Assembly: GCA_041751875.1 (NCBI GenBank)
Contig: JBGSIC010000013.1
Coordinates: 11,858 to 75,857 of the forward strand
Reading direction: 5' to 3'
DNA length: 64,000 nt
Origin: Bdellovibrionota bacterium
Lineage (GTDB): Bacteria; Bdellovibrionota; FAC87; UBA2466; JACKAF01
The stretch's first letter is position 1, and the number at the start of each line of letters is the position of its first letter. Shown piece after piece: positions 49,088 to 58,324 of the stretch. Below the pieces are notes generated by a model, which was not told where the DNA came from, searched no databases, and was given only the letters and a program-made list of their open reading frames with translations. Made by a program: the position numbers and the translations under genes.

Positions 49088-50311
49088 TTAATCAGGCTGG
49101 ATGAGGGTGCGTTTACCGACCTGCTCCGCCAGAAATTCCATGGGGCGGGTGAGCTTTTTGAAGGGGGGTAGGCCCAGCGTACGTTCCGAAACCGAACGGC
49201 CTCGTCGAAAGAGGTTTAACACCGCCACCTCGGCTTCACTCAAAAACTCGGTCGTATCCACCGTTTCGCCTTTGGTGCGGCAGAAAAGATCCACACGAAA
49301 TGGCTTGTGCGCGTTGGCCCGACTTTCCGCATCGTCACGCGGGTTTTTTTCTATTTTCACACGAGGACTCAACCGTAACCGCTCCGGAACTTTCCTCAGT
49401 TGGCGATAGCGGCGACGGACGGTGCCCAAAAGTTCTTTCAACGGAACTTCTTCCGCATCGTAGTCCAGATCTTCTGGATCAATTTGGTCTCGGTGCTTGG
49501 CAGGAATTAACTTGTCCATGGCCTTGTCGAAAGTAACGGCTTCCAAAATCGGTGAGCTACTTGCTATTTCCCAAAGTTTGTCACGGTTGTCGGCGACTGA
49601 TTGGCCACAGCGTTGCAACAAGGCACGCTCTTTCCCGTAGTGGCGTCCCCAGAGATGCTTGCGCGCGCGCTTGCTCCAGCATTTTGTCACCGGATCGGCG
49701 ACACTCTTCATGTCAGGAGCAAGCTCATCCATCCGCTTGTAGTACGCTTTCGTATCAAAGCCATTTTCATTAAGAGCCCATTGACCGAGGGCTGATTCCA
49801 TCTGGCTCACCAATTCTTCAATGGCCAACCAGAAGTGACTTCCTTTATTGCCGTGGTCATGAATACAAAAAAAGGTCGAACAAACAGCATTACGAAACGC
49901 ATGAACATTACAAAAACCGTTCGCGGGATTGAGGTTGGGACAACGCACTTGCGCCTCCCCAAATCCCGACTCACCCAAACCAATTAAATAGTCTGCCCAC
50001 TGCTGAGGGGTACGCTGCATCCCTTCAGGCAGGACCCACCCTTCGCCTATCAGCTTGTCGACCGCCGCGGCGGAAGTAGGCTGACGCAGAGCAAGGCCCA
50101 GTAAAAAATTGGGCATAATGGGATGGTAGCTGCAGCAACGATACACCGGGTCATAACCTTCGAACTTCGCCTGGGGACAATCGTCGCAAGTGGACTGTCT
50201 TTCCTGCGGGATGTCATAGGCATGAACTTCTTTGGGAAGCAGATAACGCCAAATCCCAGGCTTCACTTGCCCGTTAAATACGTAGGGGAGCTCAATGGGA
50301 TCGACTGGCAT
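49088..50311 (-). CDS. Hypothetical Cys-rich protein (possible Fe-S/Zn-binding, UPF0153-like)
   Basis: CDDCPQ...RCCSYHP and CPNLNPANGFCNVHAFRNAVCSTFFC clusters. 407 aa. Lies upstream of phoB on the same strand. Confidence 0.4.
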   Translation of the reverse strand: MPVDPIELPYVFNGQVKPGIWRYLLPKEVHAYDIPQERQSTCDDCPQAKFEGYDPVYRCCSYHPIMPNFLLGLALRQPTSAAAVDKLIGEGWVLPEGMQRTPQQWADYLIGLGESGFGEAQVRCPNLNPANGFCNVHAFRNAVCSTFFCIHDHGNKGSHFWLAIEELVSQMESALGQWALNENGFDTKAYYKRMDELAPDMKSVADPVTKCWSKRARKHLWGRHYGKERALLQRCGQSVADNRDKLWEIASSSPILEAVTFDKAMDKLIPAKHRDQIDPEDLDYDAEEVPLKELLGTVRRRYRQLRKVPERLRLSPRVKIEKNPRDDAESRANAHKPFRVDLFCRTKGETVDTTEFLSEAEVAVLNLFRRGRSVSERTLGLPPFKKLTRPMEFLAEQVGKRTLIQPD

Positions 50312-50497
50312 TCTTCTCTCTGGCGTCTGTTAAGTGAAAGGGTTAACGCGCCAGACAATAGTGAAAAAGCGGATCGGAAGCAACCCTTTGCGTGGATTCT
50401 GTGACACTTCGTGCTAGGTGCCAGTCGACTTTTGGTACTTCGTCCCAAAAGGGTCGACAGGCACCCTAGCATCAACATGGTAAAATAGAGGTCTACC

Positions 50498-51556
50498 ATG
50501 AGCCATCCTTCAAGATGGTCGGGCTTAGACGGCGCTAAATTTCTCTGCATTTTGTTCATGGTCTTTATCCACGCCACCTTCTGGTTGGTGACGGACCAGG
50601 ACGAAGTCATGAATACACGCTCGTTTCTTTATCCGATCATAAATCACACCACGTTTCTGGGCCTCTTTCCCTTAAGCCTACCGATCACGGCGGGCTGTGG
50701 TCTGCGTTTCTACTTAGAAAAAATTCGCACACACACCGATTGGGAGAGTTTTCGTCTCCTGCCTCTCCTTAAGATCTCAATTGGCATTATGCTGTTGGGC
50801 TATGTGATGACGCTACTCACGTGGGGTGGTGGCCACGCCTTTGAGTGGGACGTGTTGCACTTTGTTGGTTTGAGTTACTTGGTCATCGCGCTAGCTCTGA
50901 AGGTGACGACGGTCCCGGTATTCGCCGTACTCGGTTTCTTCAGTTTTCTCCTCACCGATATTGTGCGACAGCTTGTTGGTGCCAATCCCGGCTTCCTGGG
51001 TGCCGTACTGGTAGGCGACCAATCGGGAGACTTTTTCTGGCCGTTCTTTCCTTGGTTCTCCACCGTGGTCTTTGGTTTTGTACTCGCTCATTGTTACATA
51101 CGTTTCGGCAAATCAAGCCGCTTTCAGTGGGGCTTAGGGCTTATCGCTTTACTGGGACTCGGGTTTGCGTACACCAACCAAGACTTAGCGCTGGTGTTGG
51201 ATCCACAATTTGTCTGGGGCCCGGGCGTGTTTCAGCCACCTCTGGGTTTTATCGTCGGCCTCATGGGGTTCTTCTCACTCCTGCTTCTTATCTTCGATGG
51301 GCTTAATGCATACTGGCCTCCTTCTCCCAACGGCGTCGTGCGTTCCTTCAGCCAAGGAATTCTGTGGATTTACCTCGCGCACATCATTGTGGGAGCCAGA
51401 CTGGCCCAACTTTATGTGAAATGGATTCCACTCTCTCTTTGGACTGTACTTCTCTTTGCTTTCCTCATGATTCTTTTCTCTTGGTTTGTCGGCAGGCTAA
51501 GTGTCCGCCTTGCGGAGAAACAACTTCGAATCACTTTGGTAAAGGTGAAAAATTGA
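50498..51556 (+). CDS. Integral membrane protein, acyltransferase-3 (OatA/NolL-like) family; tentative
   Basis: RWSGLDGAKFLCILFMVFIHA resembles the R-x-x-LD-x-x-R/K...H N-terminal motif of acyltransferase-3 membrane proteins. About 10 transmembrane segments. Confidence 0.4.
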   Translation: MSHPSRWSGLDGAKFLCILFMVFIHATFWLVTDQDEVMNTRSFLYPIINHTTFLGLFPLSLPITAGCGLRFYLEKIRTHTDWESFRLLPLLKISIGIMLLGYVMTLLTWGGGHAFEWDVLHFVGLSYLVIALALKVTTVPVFAVLGFFSFLLTDIVRQLVGANPGFLGAVLVGDQSGDFFWPFFPWFSTVVFGFVLAHCYIRFGKSSRFQWGLGLIALLGLGFAYTNQDLALVLDPQFVWGPGVFQPPLGFIVGLMGFFSLLLLIFDGLNAYWPPSPNGVVRSFSQGILWIYLAHIIVGARLAQLYVKWIPLSLWTVLLFAFLMILFSWFVGRLSVRLAEKQLRITLVKVKN

Positions 51557-53673
51557 GCGATTCCAGACGCCCCTCACCGCAGCCGGCTACGCCCCCTCGT
51601 CCGGCACCTTCCTACAAAAACGATGACGTATGCATCGTGGGAGTGGGTTGCGTGCTACCTGAGGCGTCGGATACTCAGGCCTTCTGGAACAATCTGTTGC
51701 AAGCCCGTTGCTCAATCGCTCCCATGCCTTCCACCCGTTGGGACGCAAATCTTTACGTGTCGCCTGATCCCAAAGCGGAAGACATGACTTACTCATCCAA
51801 AGCAGCATTCGTTCGAGATGAGCAAATGGAAACGATTACTAAAAAAAGAAAATGGAGCGGCCGTGGCTACAATCGCCTCCAAGCGATGACCCTCGAGGCG
51901 TCACTACAAGCACTAGAGAACATAAGTGCCGAGGACCGATCCAAAAACCTTTGCGGCGTTTTCCTCGGTTGTATGGGAGCGGATGAAGAACTTTCGGTGC
52001 AAAAGCTACTGGAAGAAGAGCAAAGCGTGCTTTCTTACCTTGAACAAGAAGCCGGTCCCCACCTGGAAGACTTGCGTTCCGCAACAGCTCAAACATTTCA
52101 GCACCTGCGCAAGAACCGAACCTCGCGGAAAGAAGCTGTCCTAGCGACTTCCGTTTTGGCGACGGTAAAAAAGGAACTGGGGCTAAGGGGCGAAGCGTGC
52201 CTGGTAGATGCGGCTTGCGCCTCTTCCCTCGCTGCGCTGGATCTAGCGATTGGCCACTTACGCGCAGGAAACTGTCATATCGCCCTGGCGGGGGGCATCG
52301 AAGGACAGCTGGCCCCTGAAAACTTTGTGGTCTTTAGCCAAGTGGGCCTACTGGCGCAAGACCTTCCCCACCCTTTAGACGAAAGTGCCGACGGTCTTTG
52401 CCAAGGCGAAGGTGCCGTGGTGTTTGCTTTGCAACGCCTTTCGGACGCGCGCGCAGAGGGCCGCAAGATCCTGGGTGTCCTTCGCGCTTCGGGTGGCTCA
52501 AGTAACGGCAAAGCATCTAGTCTCTTTTCCCCCACCGTAAATGGACAGACGACTGCTATCTCCCGTTCACGCCAGAAATCCAGCTCCGCGCTATTCGACT
52601 ACATCGAGTGCCACGGCACGGGAACTCGCACAGGGGATCGTACTGAACTTCGTGCCCTGAATGAAATGCAAAAAGGAGCAAAAGAAAAAACGCCTGTAGG
52701 ATCCGTAAAGGCTCTCATCGGACACACCAAAGGCGCCGCAGGCGCAGCCGGCCTTTTAAAGTGCTTGTTGAGCCTACAAAACAAAACGGTTCCCCCGTCA
52801 CCTTATTTCACGCGATTCGCGGAATCCGATAGCCTCTCCCAACTTACGGTGAACACACAGCCCCTATCGCTTGCCGACAGACCTAGTCCCCTTTGCCTTG
52901 GCGTAAGCTCCGCGGGGTTTGGCGGCGCCAACTACCATATGCTTTTGGAGGAATACCTACCGCAAGCTCCTGCGGTTTCCGGTTTACCTCTGCTCACCAC
53001 CCGGATCGCTTTAATCGCCCAAACTCAGGTTAATGATCCCCATGTCGCCGAGGCTTTGGCTTCCTACAAATTCAAACTGCCACCGAAGAACCTAGCGCAA
53101 ATCGATACGCTTCAATTGCAAGCCATCGTAGCGGTGGCCCACGCGCTGCGAGACTTTCATCTTCCTCTAAACAGTTTTGACCGTACAAAAGTATCGGTGT
53201 TTTCCTGCGGATGCACCGGCATCGAAGCTTCCTACCAATTTTCAAAACGCGTTCGACACAAAGAGTTTCATCGCTTCGCTTCCGGAGAAAAAGCAGCTGT
53301 CCTAGAAAAACACAAAGCAAAGTTTCCCGCAGTCACTGAAGACACGGGGCCCGGAATTTTGAACAACGTCATCGCCGGACGTGTCTGCAACGTTTTTGAT
53401 TTTATGGGAAAGAACTTTAATCTCGATGCCGACATGGCATCCCTAGGTTGCGCCTTCGAAATGGCGTCCATTGAACTACGTTCGCGAAGTAGCGATCTGG
53501 TGATTGTTTTACAGGCGGAAGAAACGTTTAACGAGAACGAATGCGAGATCTCGCGACAAGGCATCCGTTGCTACTTTCTTACGCTGTTGGATTCAGCGCG
53601 ACGCGACAACCGCACCATTTTAAGTTTGCTAAACGACGTTCACTACGAAGAAACATGGCCGGTCCAAGCCTAA
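51553..53673 (+). CDS. Polyketide/PUFA-synthase-type beta-ketoacyl synthase (KS) with a C-terminal degenerate KS-like remnant
   Basis: KS motifs are present: DVCIVGVGCVLPEASDTQAFW, DAACASSLAALDLAIGHLRAGN (active Cys), ECHGTGTRTGD and GHTKGAAGAAGL. The C-terminal NVIAGRVCNVFDFMGKNFNLDADMASLG...SSDLVIV resembles a second KS in which Cys is replaced by Met. The start (TTG 51553) is uncertain. Confidence 0.75.
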   Translation: MSDSRRPSPQPATPPRPAPSYKNDDVCIVGVGCVLPEASDTQAFWNNLLQARCSIAPMPSTRWDANLYVSPDPKAEDMTYSSKAAFVRDEQMETITKKRKWSGRGYNRLQAMTLEASLQALENISAEDRSKNLCGVFLGCMGADEELSVQKLLEEEQSVLSYLEQEAGPHLEDLRSATAQTFQHLRKNRTSRKEAVLATSVLATVKKELGLRGEACLVDAACASSLAALDLAIGHLRAGNCHIALAGGIEGQLAPENFVVFSQVGLLAQDLPHPLDESADGLCQGEGAVVFALQRLSDARAEGRKILGVLRASGGSSNGKASSLFSPTVNGQTTAISRSRQKSSSALFDYIECHGTGTRTGDRTELRALNEMQKGAKEKTPVGSVKALIGHTKGAAGAAGLLKCLLSLQNKTVPPSPYFTRFAESDSLSQLTVNTQPLSLADRPSPLCLGVSSAGFGGANYHMLLEEYLPQAPAVSGLPLLTTRIALIAQTQVNDPHVAEALASYKFKLPPKNLAQIDTLQLQAIVAVAHALRDFHLPLNSFDRTKVSVFSCGCTGIEASYQFSKRVRHKEFHRFASGEKAAVLEKHKAKFPAVTEDTGPGILNNVIAGRVCNVFDFMGKNFNLDADMASLGCAFEMASIELRSRSSDLVIVLQAEETFNENECEISRQGIRCYFLTLLDSARRDNRTILSLLNDVHYEETWPVQA

Positions 53674-56600
53674 AATCGTCCGCCCCGCTTTCCGCCAAAG
53701 GAATCTTTGGCGGCGGCTATCAGGTCGGATTCACGCCTTTCGCGGAACCGTTGCGCTCCTATTCCTCCGTGTGTTTTGTTTTTGCGGGCCAGGGAGCGAT
53801 TTACCCCGGCATGTTCGCCCACCTCTATCAACAGTTTGAAAGCGTACGCCAAGTTTTTGTAAAAGCGGATGCAGAGGCGACTCGCCTGGGCCTTCCTTCC
53901 GTGTCCGCTTTCGTGGTCAATCCGCAAAGTCTAACCGATACCCAGAAACACCAGGTACAAAACCTTTGCCTCTTTGCCGGTGAACTAGCCATCGCGGAGC
54001 TGCTACTTAACGCCAAGATTTATCCTAAGGCGCTTACGGCCCACAGTTTCGGCGAGTATGCAGCGCTGGTATGCGCGGGTATTGTGCCCTTCGAACAGAT
54101 GTTCGAACTCGTCGCGTTTCGCGAAGTACAATCACCGCCGAAAAACGAAAAAGGCTATCTGGTCGCGATTCACGCCGATGAAGCGTTTACCAAACAACTT
54201 CTAAAATCTTTTCCGTGCCCGATTTCTAACTTAAACAGCGCTTCCCAAACGGTTGTTGCCTGCCCCCCGGAGAAACTGAGCGCTTTGGATGAGTTTCTCA
54301 CTAAGGAAGGTGTGCGCCACAAGGTGCTGCCCACACCCCAACCCTATCACTCTTCCTTTTTGTCAGAGATGCCCCCCAAAATGCGCGCCTGGTTGGGAGC
54401 ACACAAACTCACGCTTCATTCGGCAACTCTTCCCGTTTTCTCATCGGTAACACATGCGTGGGTCGAGGAACCCTCGCGGGATGTTCCTTTTATCATCGAG
54501 AACCAAATGACCGAGCGAGTGGATTTCATCGATCAAATCCATTCGATTTCGCGATACGGTTGCGACCAGTTCATTGAAATTGGGCCGGCAATGGTACTCA
54601 CACCGTTAATTGAAACCATTACCGGTCTCCCTCGCCACCGTTTGGCCTTGGCCGACGATTACTTCGAAGACTACAAGAAACACGCGGCCGTCCGAGAAGA
54701 ACGACGTTCCCCCAACAGCAATAAGCTTTTAGAAAGTATCAACCGCATTATCAGCTCGGTGACGGGATACCGAATTGAAGACATTTCCGTGGAAGATAAG
54801 TTTCAAGAAGACTTGGGAATCGATTCCATCAAAAAAACGGAAATTGTTTTTTCGGTGTTTGATGAGGTCCGCAAGGAAGGTTTGACCGGCATTAACACCG
54901 CGGGAATTCACCAAGTAGGTGACCTGCTTCAGGTACTGGAGAACGCGCAGCAGAACCCCATCGTACCCGCGCACACTCAACCGGCAGCGTTTGCTAGATT
55001 TCAAAAAACGTGGACGGCTTGCGAACTTGTCGTTGATATTCCTTCCCCCCTTCCCACTCTCTACATCGACATTGATTTTTCGACTTCCCGTCCCCTGGAT
55101 CGGGCGACCTGGAGAAAGCTGCGCCGCCTGTCCAAAGAGGGCCGTTTCAACTGCGTCCTCATGTATCCACCATCGGCGATTGACTGGGATTTTTTGGCAC
55201 CCGACGCGCTTCGCAAAGTAATCGAAGGAAAAATTCTTCCACTGATGAAGGTAGTACAAAAGTTTATTCGTTCTCACCAAAGTGCCTTTGAAGGGACTCT
55301 CGCTCTGGTCAGCCAGGGAAAGAAAGATCCCCTGGCGCAAGGTTTCGCTGCTTTCCTCAAAAGTGTAAGGAAGGAGAATCCCAAAAGCTTTGTAAAGCAC
55401 GTCCACTTCGAAACACCTCTCCCGCCCGAAGCATTGGGTGCGCAACTTTTTAAAGAGCTCCAGGACGTCACCAGTCCGGAAGTCGTCTACCGCCGAGGAG
55501 AACGCTATCTCGCATCACTCGAAGCATTGGATGAAGAAGATGGGCTTCCCCACGACGGTCAACCGCGCGTGGTTATCGCCCTGGGGGGAGCGAAGGGAAT
55601 CACTCGCTCACTAGTGGAATCGCTCTCATCCCGTTTCCCGATTCGCCTCTACCTTCTGGGCCGCTCGCCGCAAGCCAGCATTCAATCCTCTCTGCAAAGC
55701 CTCGAGGGCAAGGTCAGCGACTTGAGCTACACAGTGTGTGATGCAACCGACTTCGCGAAGCTAGAACAGACCATTGGTCGCATCTTAGCAAGAGAGAGAA
55801 AGATCGATTTTATTCTCAACGGTGCAGGTATCGAAATCAGCCAGGGCCTGGGTCAGAAGACGGGCTTGGAAATGCGCAAAGAAATTTTTAACAAGGTGCT
55901 GCCCGCGTTCTATCTGACTTGTCTCTGCCGTTCGCTTCCTCAAACTAAGCTTATTCAATTCTCTTCGGTCGTTTCCGAGTTCGGAAACGCTGGGCAAACG
56001 GTTTACGCGTGGGCCAATCAGTTCATCAATACTCTCGGCGAAGTTTGCCAGGGCCAAACCCTTTCCATCGCCTGGCCGCCTTGGGACGGCGTCGGGATGA
56101 CGGCACCCCTAGCGATTCAACAAGGTCTCAAGCGTTTGGGTGTGGGTTTACTTACGCCCGAAAGTGCCGCTGAACTCTTTGAACAAGATCTGGGCCCCGC
56201 CCACGATCGATTGCGAACCGTTTATTACTACGATCCAGCCGACTACCCGGCGTATGGGCTCGCCTTGAGAAAGCTTGCACCGTACGCTCCTTTATTGGGA
56301 ACGCCCCTACTCGTAGGGGGAAAGGCCGCATTCAGTCGATTGTATGCACCGTCCTCCGATCCTTTTCTCCAAGATCACCGAGTAGGCGGACGCGCTTACC
56401 TGCCCGGAGCAGTCGGTGCCGCTCTCTTGCTGGGCCTTGGGCGCGCTTCGCTTGGTTACTACCCTCGTCTGGAAAGCTTGAAGTTCACTCAACCGATTAT
56501 TTTTCCGGAAAAGAAAACGGCCCTGACCAGCGTTTACAACCCCCGTACGCATACCGGCGAGGTGGGGTTGGGTTCACCCGCCTTTATCGCCCATTTCCGC

Positions 56601-57071
56601 TCGCCTCGAAGAGCGCCATCCGTTTTGCGACTCCCCGCGGAAACCAGCCCCCTTCCCACTGAAAATTTTTACGGGCCGCAAGGGATGTTTCATGGCCCGA
56701 GCTTTCAGCTCGTCGATAAAGCGTGGAAGCACGGAACGCATCATGTAAGAGTGCTGCTCAAACACGGATTAGCTCCCATTTTGGATAATGGTTTGGGTGG
56801 CAAACTCTCCCAGTGGATTGACGGGGCCTTTCAGTCCCTCGCCCTCTTCCCCCTAACAGAAGAGAAAGCTCTTTTCCTTCCCGTGGAAGTAGGTGAACTC
56901 GAAGTTTTCTTGGCCTCCTCGCCTCTGGAGGCTCACTGGATCTATGTAGAACGCACGGGGCAAAGTTCTTCTCATGTGGAGGGCAGCGCTCAGGTTCTTA
57001 ACGAAAAGCTGGAGTGCCTCGTCTCTCTCACGGGCGTTCAGTGTCAGCTTGCGATGCCGTCAAAAACCTAA
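53655..57071 (+). CDS. PfaA-like multidomain PKS protein: acyltransferase - acyl carrier protein - ketoreductase - dehydratase
   Basis: AT: FVFAGQGAIYPGM and AHSFGEYAA (GHSxG). ACP: DLGIDSIKKTEI. KR: VVIALGGAKGITRSL Rossmann motif and SSVVSEFGNAGQTVYAWANQ. DH: HRVGGRAYLPGA (HxxxGxxxxP) and DGAFQS. The ATG at 53655 overlaps the KS stop by 19 nt. Confidence 0.8.
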   Translation: MAGPSLKSSAPLSAKGIFGGGYQVGFTPFAEPLRSYSSVCFVFAGQGAIYPGMFAHLYQQFESVRQVFVKADAEATRLGLPSVSAFVVNPQSLTDTQKHQVQNLCLFAGELAIAELLLNAKIYPKALTAHSFGEYAALVCAGIVPFEQMFELVAFREVQSPPKNEKGYLVAIHADEAFTKQLLKSFPCPISNLNSASQTVVACPPEKLSALDEFLTKEGVRHKVLPTPQPYHSSFLSEMPPKMRAWLGAHKLTLHSATLPVFSSVTHAWVEEPSRDVPFIIENQMTERVDFIDQIHSISRYGCDQFIEIGPAMVLTPLIETITGLPRHRLALADDYFEDYKKHAAVREERRSPNSNKLLESINRIISSVTGYRIEDISVEDKFQEDLGIDSIKKTEIVFSVFDEVRKEGLTGINTAGIHQVGDLLQVLENAQQNPIVPAHTQPAAFARFQKTWTACELVVDIPSPLPTLYIDIDFSTSRPLDRATWRKLRRLSKEGRFNCVLMYPPSAIDWDFLAPDALRKVIEGKILPLMKVVQKFIRSHQSAFEGTLALVSQGKKDPLAQGFAAFLKSVRKENPKSFVKHVHFETPLPPEALGAQLFKELQDVTSPEVVYRRGERYLASLEALDEEDGLPHDGQPRVVIALGGAKGITRSLVESLSSRFPIRLYLLGRSPQASIQSSLQSLEGKVSDLSYTVCDATDFAKLEQTIGRILARERKIDFILNGAGIEISQGLGQKTGLEMRKEIFNKVLPAFYLTCLCRSLPQTKLIQFSSVVSEFGNAGQTVYAWANQFINTLGEVCQGQTLSIAWPPWDGVGMTAPLAIQQGLKRLGVGLLTPESAAELFEQDLGPAHDRLRTVYYYDPADYPAYGLALRKLAPYAPLLGTPLLVGGKAAFSRLYAPSSDPFLQDHRVGGRAYLPGAVGAALLLGLGRASLGYYPRLESLKFTQPIIFPEKKTALTSVYNPRTHTGEVGLGSPAFIAHFRSPRRAPSVLRLPAETSPLPTENFYGPQGMFHGPSFQLVDKAWKHGTHHVRVLLKHGLAPILDNGLGGKLSQWIDGAFQSLALFPLTEEKALFLPVEVGELEVFLASSPLEAHWIYVERTGQSSSHVEGSAQVLNEKLECLVSLTGVQCQLAMPSKT

Positions 57072-57088
57072 AAAGGAAAGGAGCTCAC

Positions 57089-58135
57089 TTGGCTGGTCAA
57101 AAGCAGTTACGAGTCTTAGTACTCGCTCACCAAGAATTGCTCCCCCCAGAAGGCGCACTCACTCATCAGTCCAAGGGCGCCGACTGGAAGACCGAGTTTG
57201 ATGTTCTAAAAGCACTCAAAGCGCTGGGCTACGAGGTTCGCATTCTTGGGTTGGAAAATGACCTAGGGCCCGTTCGCGGAGCAATTTACGAATTTCAGCC
57301 AAACCTGGTTTTCAATTTGATGGAAGATTTTCACAACGTGCCGATCTTTGACGGCAATATTGTGAGCTATCTCGAGCTCCTCAAAATTCCCTACACCGGT
57401 TGCAATCCGCGTGGCCTGATGATGGCGAAAGACAAGGGCATCAGTAAAAAAATATTTCACTACCACGGAATTCGTACGCCCGATTTTGCGATATTTCCGC
57501 GCAACCAACGCGTTAGGGTTCCCAAGGAACTCAAGTACCCTCTCATCGTAAAATCACTGACCGAAGAAGCTTCTTTTGGTATCTCCCAGTCATCAATTGT
57601 TTACGACGAGCAGAAACTGCGAGAGCGCATTCAGTTTGTCCATGAGAATACAATCACCGATGCGCTTGTGGAGTCCTACATTTCAGGCCGCGAGCTTTAT
57701 GTCGGCATGATCGGCAATCAGCGCACGGAAGTCTTCCCGATTTGGGAACTTCTGTTCCGCAAGCCCACGGATCAAATTGAACGCATCGCCTCACGACGCG
57801 CTAAGTGGAGCCCTAGCTATCGAAAGAAATATGGCATTACTTCGGGTTTGGCTCGCTCGCTTTCCGACGCCCAGCGTGGGGAACTCGAAGCAACTTGCAA
57901 GCTTGCCTACCGTGCTCTCGGCTTGAATGGTTATGCGCGACTCGACTTCCGTTTGGCGCAAGACGGCACACCTTTTCTCCTCGAGGTAAACCCCAACCCA
58001 CATCTTGGAAACGGCGAGGACTTCGCTGAATCAGCTTCCAGAAAGGGTTTGCGGTACACTGATCTCATCCAAAAAATTGTTAGCCTGGGACTTAGCTGGC
58101 AGCCAGAAGGCCCGTCCGTTTGGGTCTCCGCTTAA
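57089..58135 (+). CDS. ATP-grasp ligase, D-alanine--D-alanine ligase-like
   Basis: YPLIVKSLTEEASFGIS (ATP-grasp K-loop) and ARLDFRLAQDGTPFLLEVNPNPHL (Mg-binding E-x-N). TTG start at 57089 with a GGAAAGGAG RBS. Confidence 0.7.
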   Translation: MAGQKQLRVLVLAHQELLPPEGALTHQSKGADWKTEFDVLKALKALGYEVRILGLENDLGPVRGAIYEFQPNLVFNLMEDFHNVPIFDGNIVSYLELLKIPYTGCNPRGLMMAKDKGISKKIFHYHGIRTPDFAIFPRNQRVRVPKELKYPLIVKSLTEEASFGISQSSIVYDEQKLRERIQFVHENTITDALVESYISGRELYVGMIGNQRTEVFPIWELLFRKPTDQIERIASRRAKWSPSYRKKYGITSGLARSLSDAQRGELEATCKLAYRALGLNGYARLDFRLAQDGTPFLLEVNPNPHLGNGEDFAESASRKGLRYTDLIQKIVSLGLSWQPEGPSVWVSA

Positions 58136-58141
58136 AAGGTG

Positions 58142-58211
58142 CCCATCTACTTCCCGGCCGGAAAGGTCGCGGGTGATTACCTGGCACTTTTACGGCCGGG
58201 AAGTAGGTGGG
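58142..58211. repeat. Long inverted repeat (19-bp arms) enclosing an ACCTGGCAC-containing loop
   Basis: CCCATCTACTTCCCGGCCG ... CGGCCGGGAAGTAGGTGGG (1 mismatch). A 32-nt loop contains TTACCTGGCACTTTTAC. Located between the ATP-grasp gene and the next lipoprotein gene. Confidence 0.45.
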
Positions 58212-58324
58212 TTCCCTCGCAGGGGGAGTAGGCACCTTTTCTGCGAGCTAGTCATCCGAGAATTTTTCTTGTAGTCTTTAAAGCCATCGACTTTCAATAG
58301 GGCAAATTTCATCAGGAGAGAGAC

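Noticed and set aside
54729-55445. 238-aa minus-strand ORF inside the AT-ACP-KR-DH gene
   Set aside because: The + strand frame carries contiguous AT, ACP and KR motifs here. The antisense ORF is a shadow.
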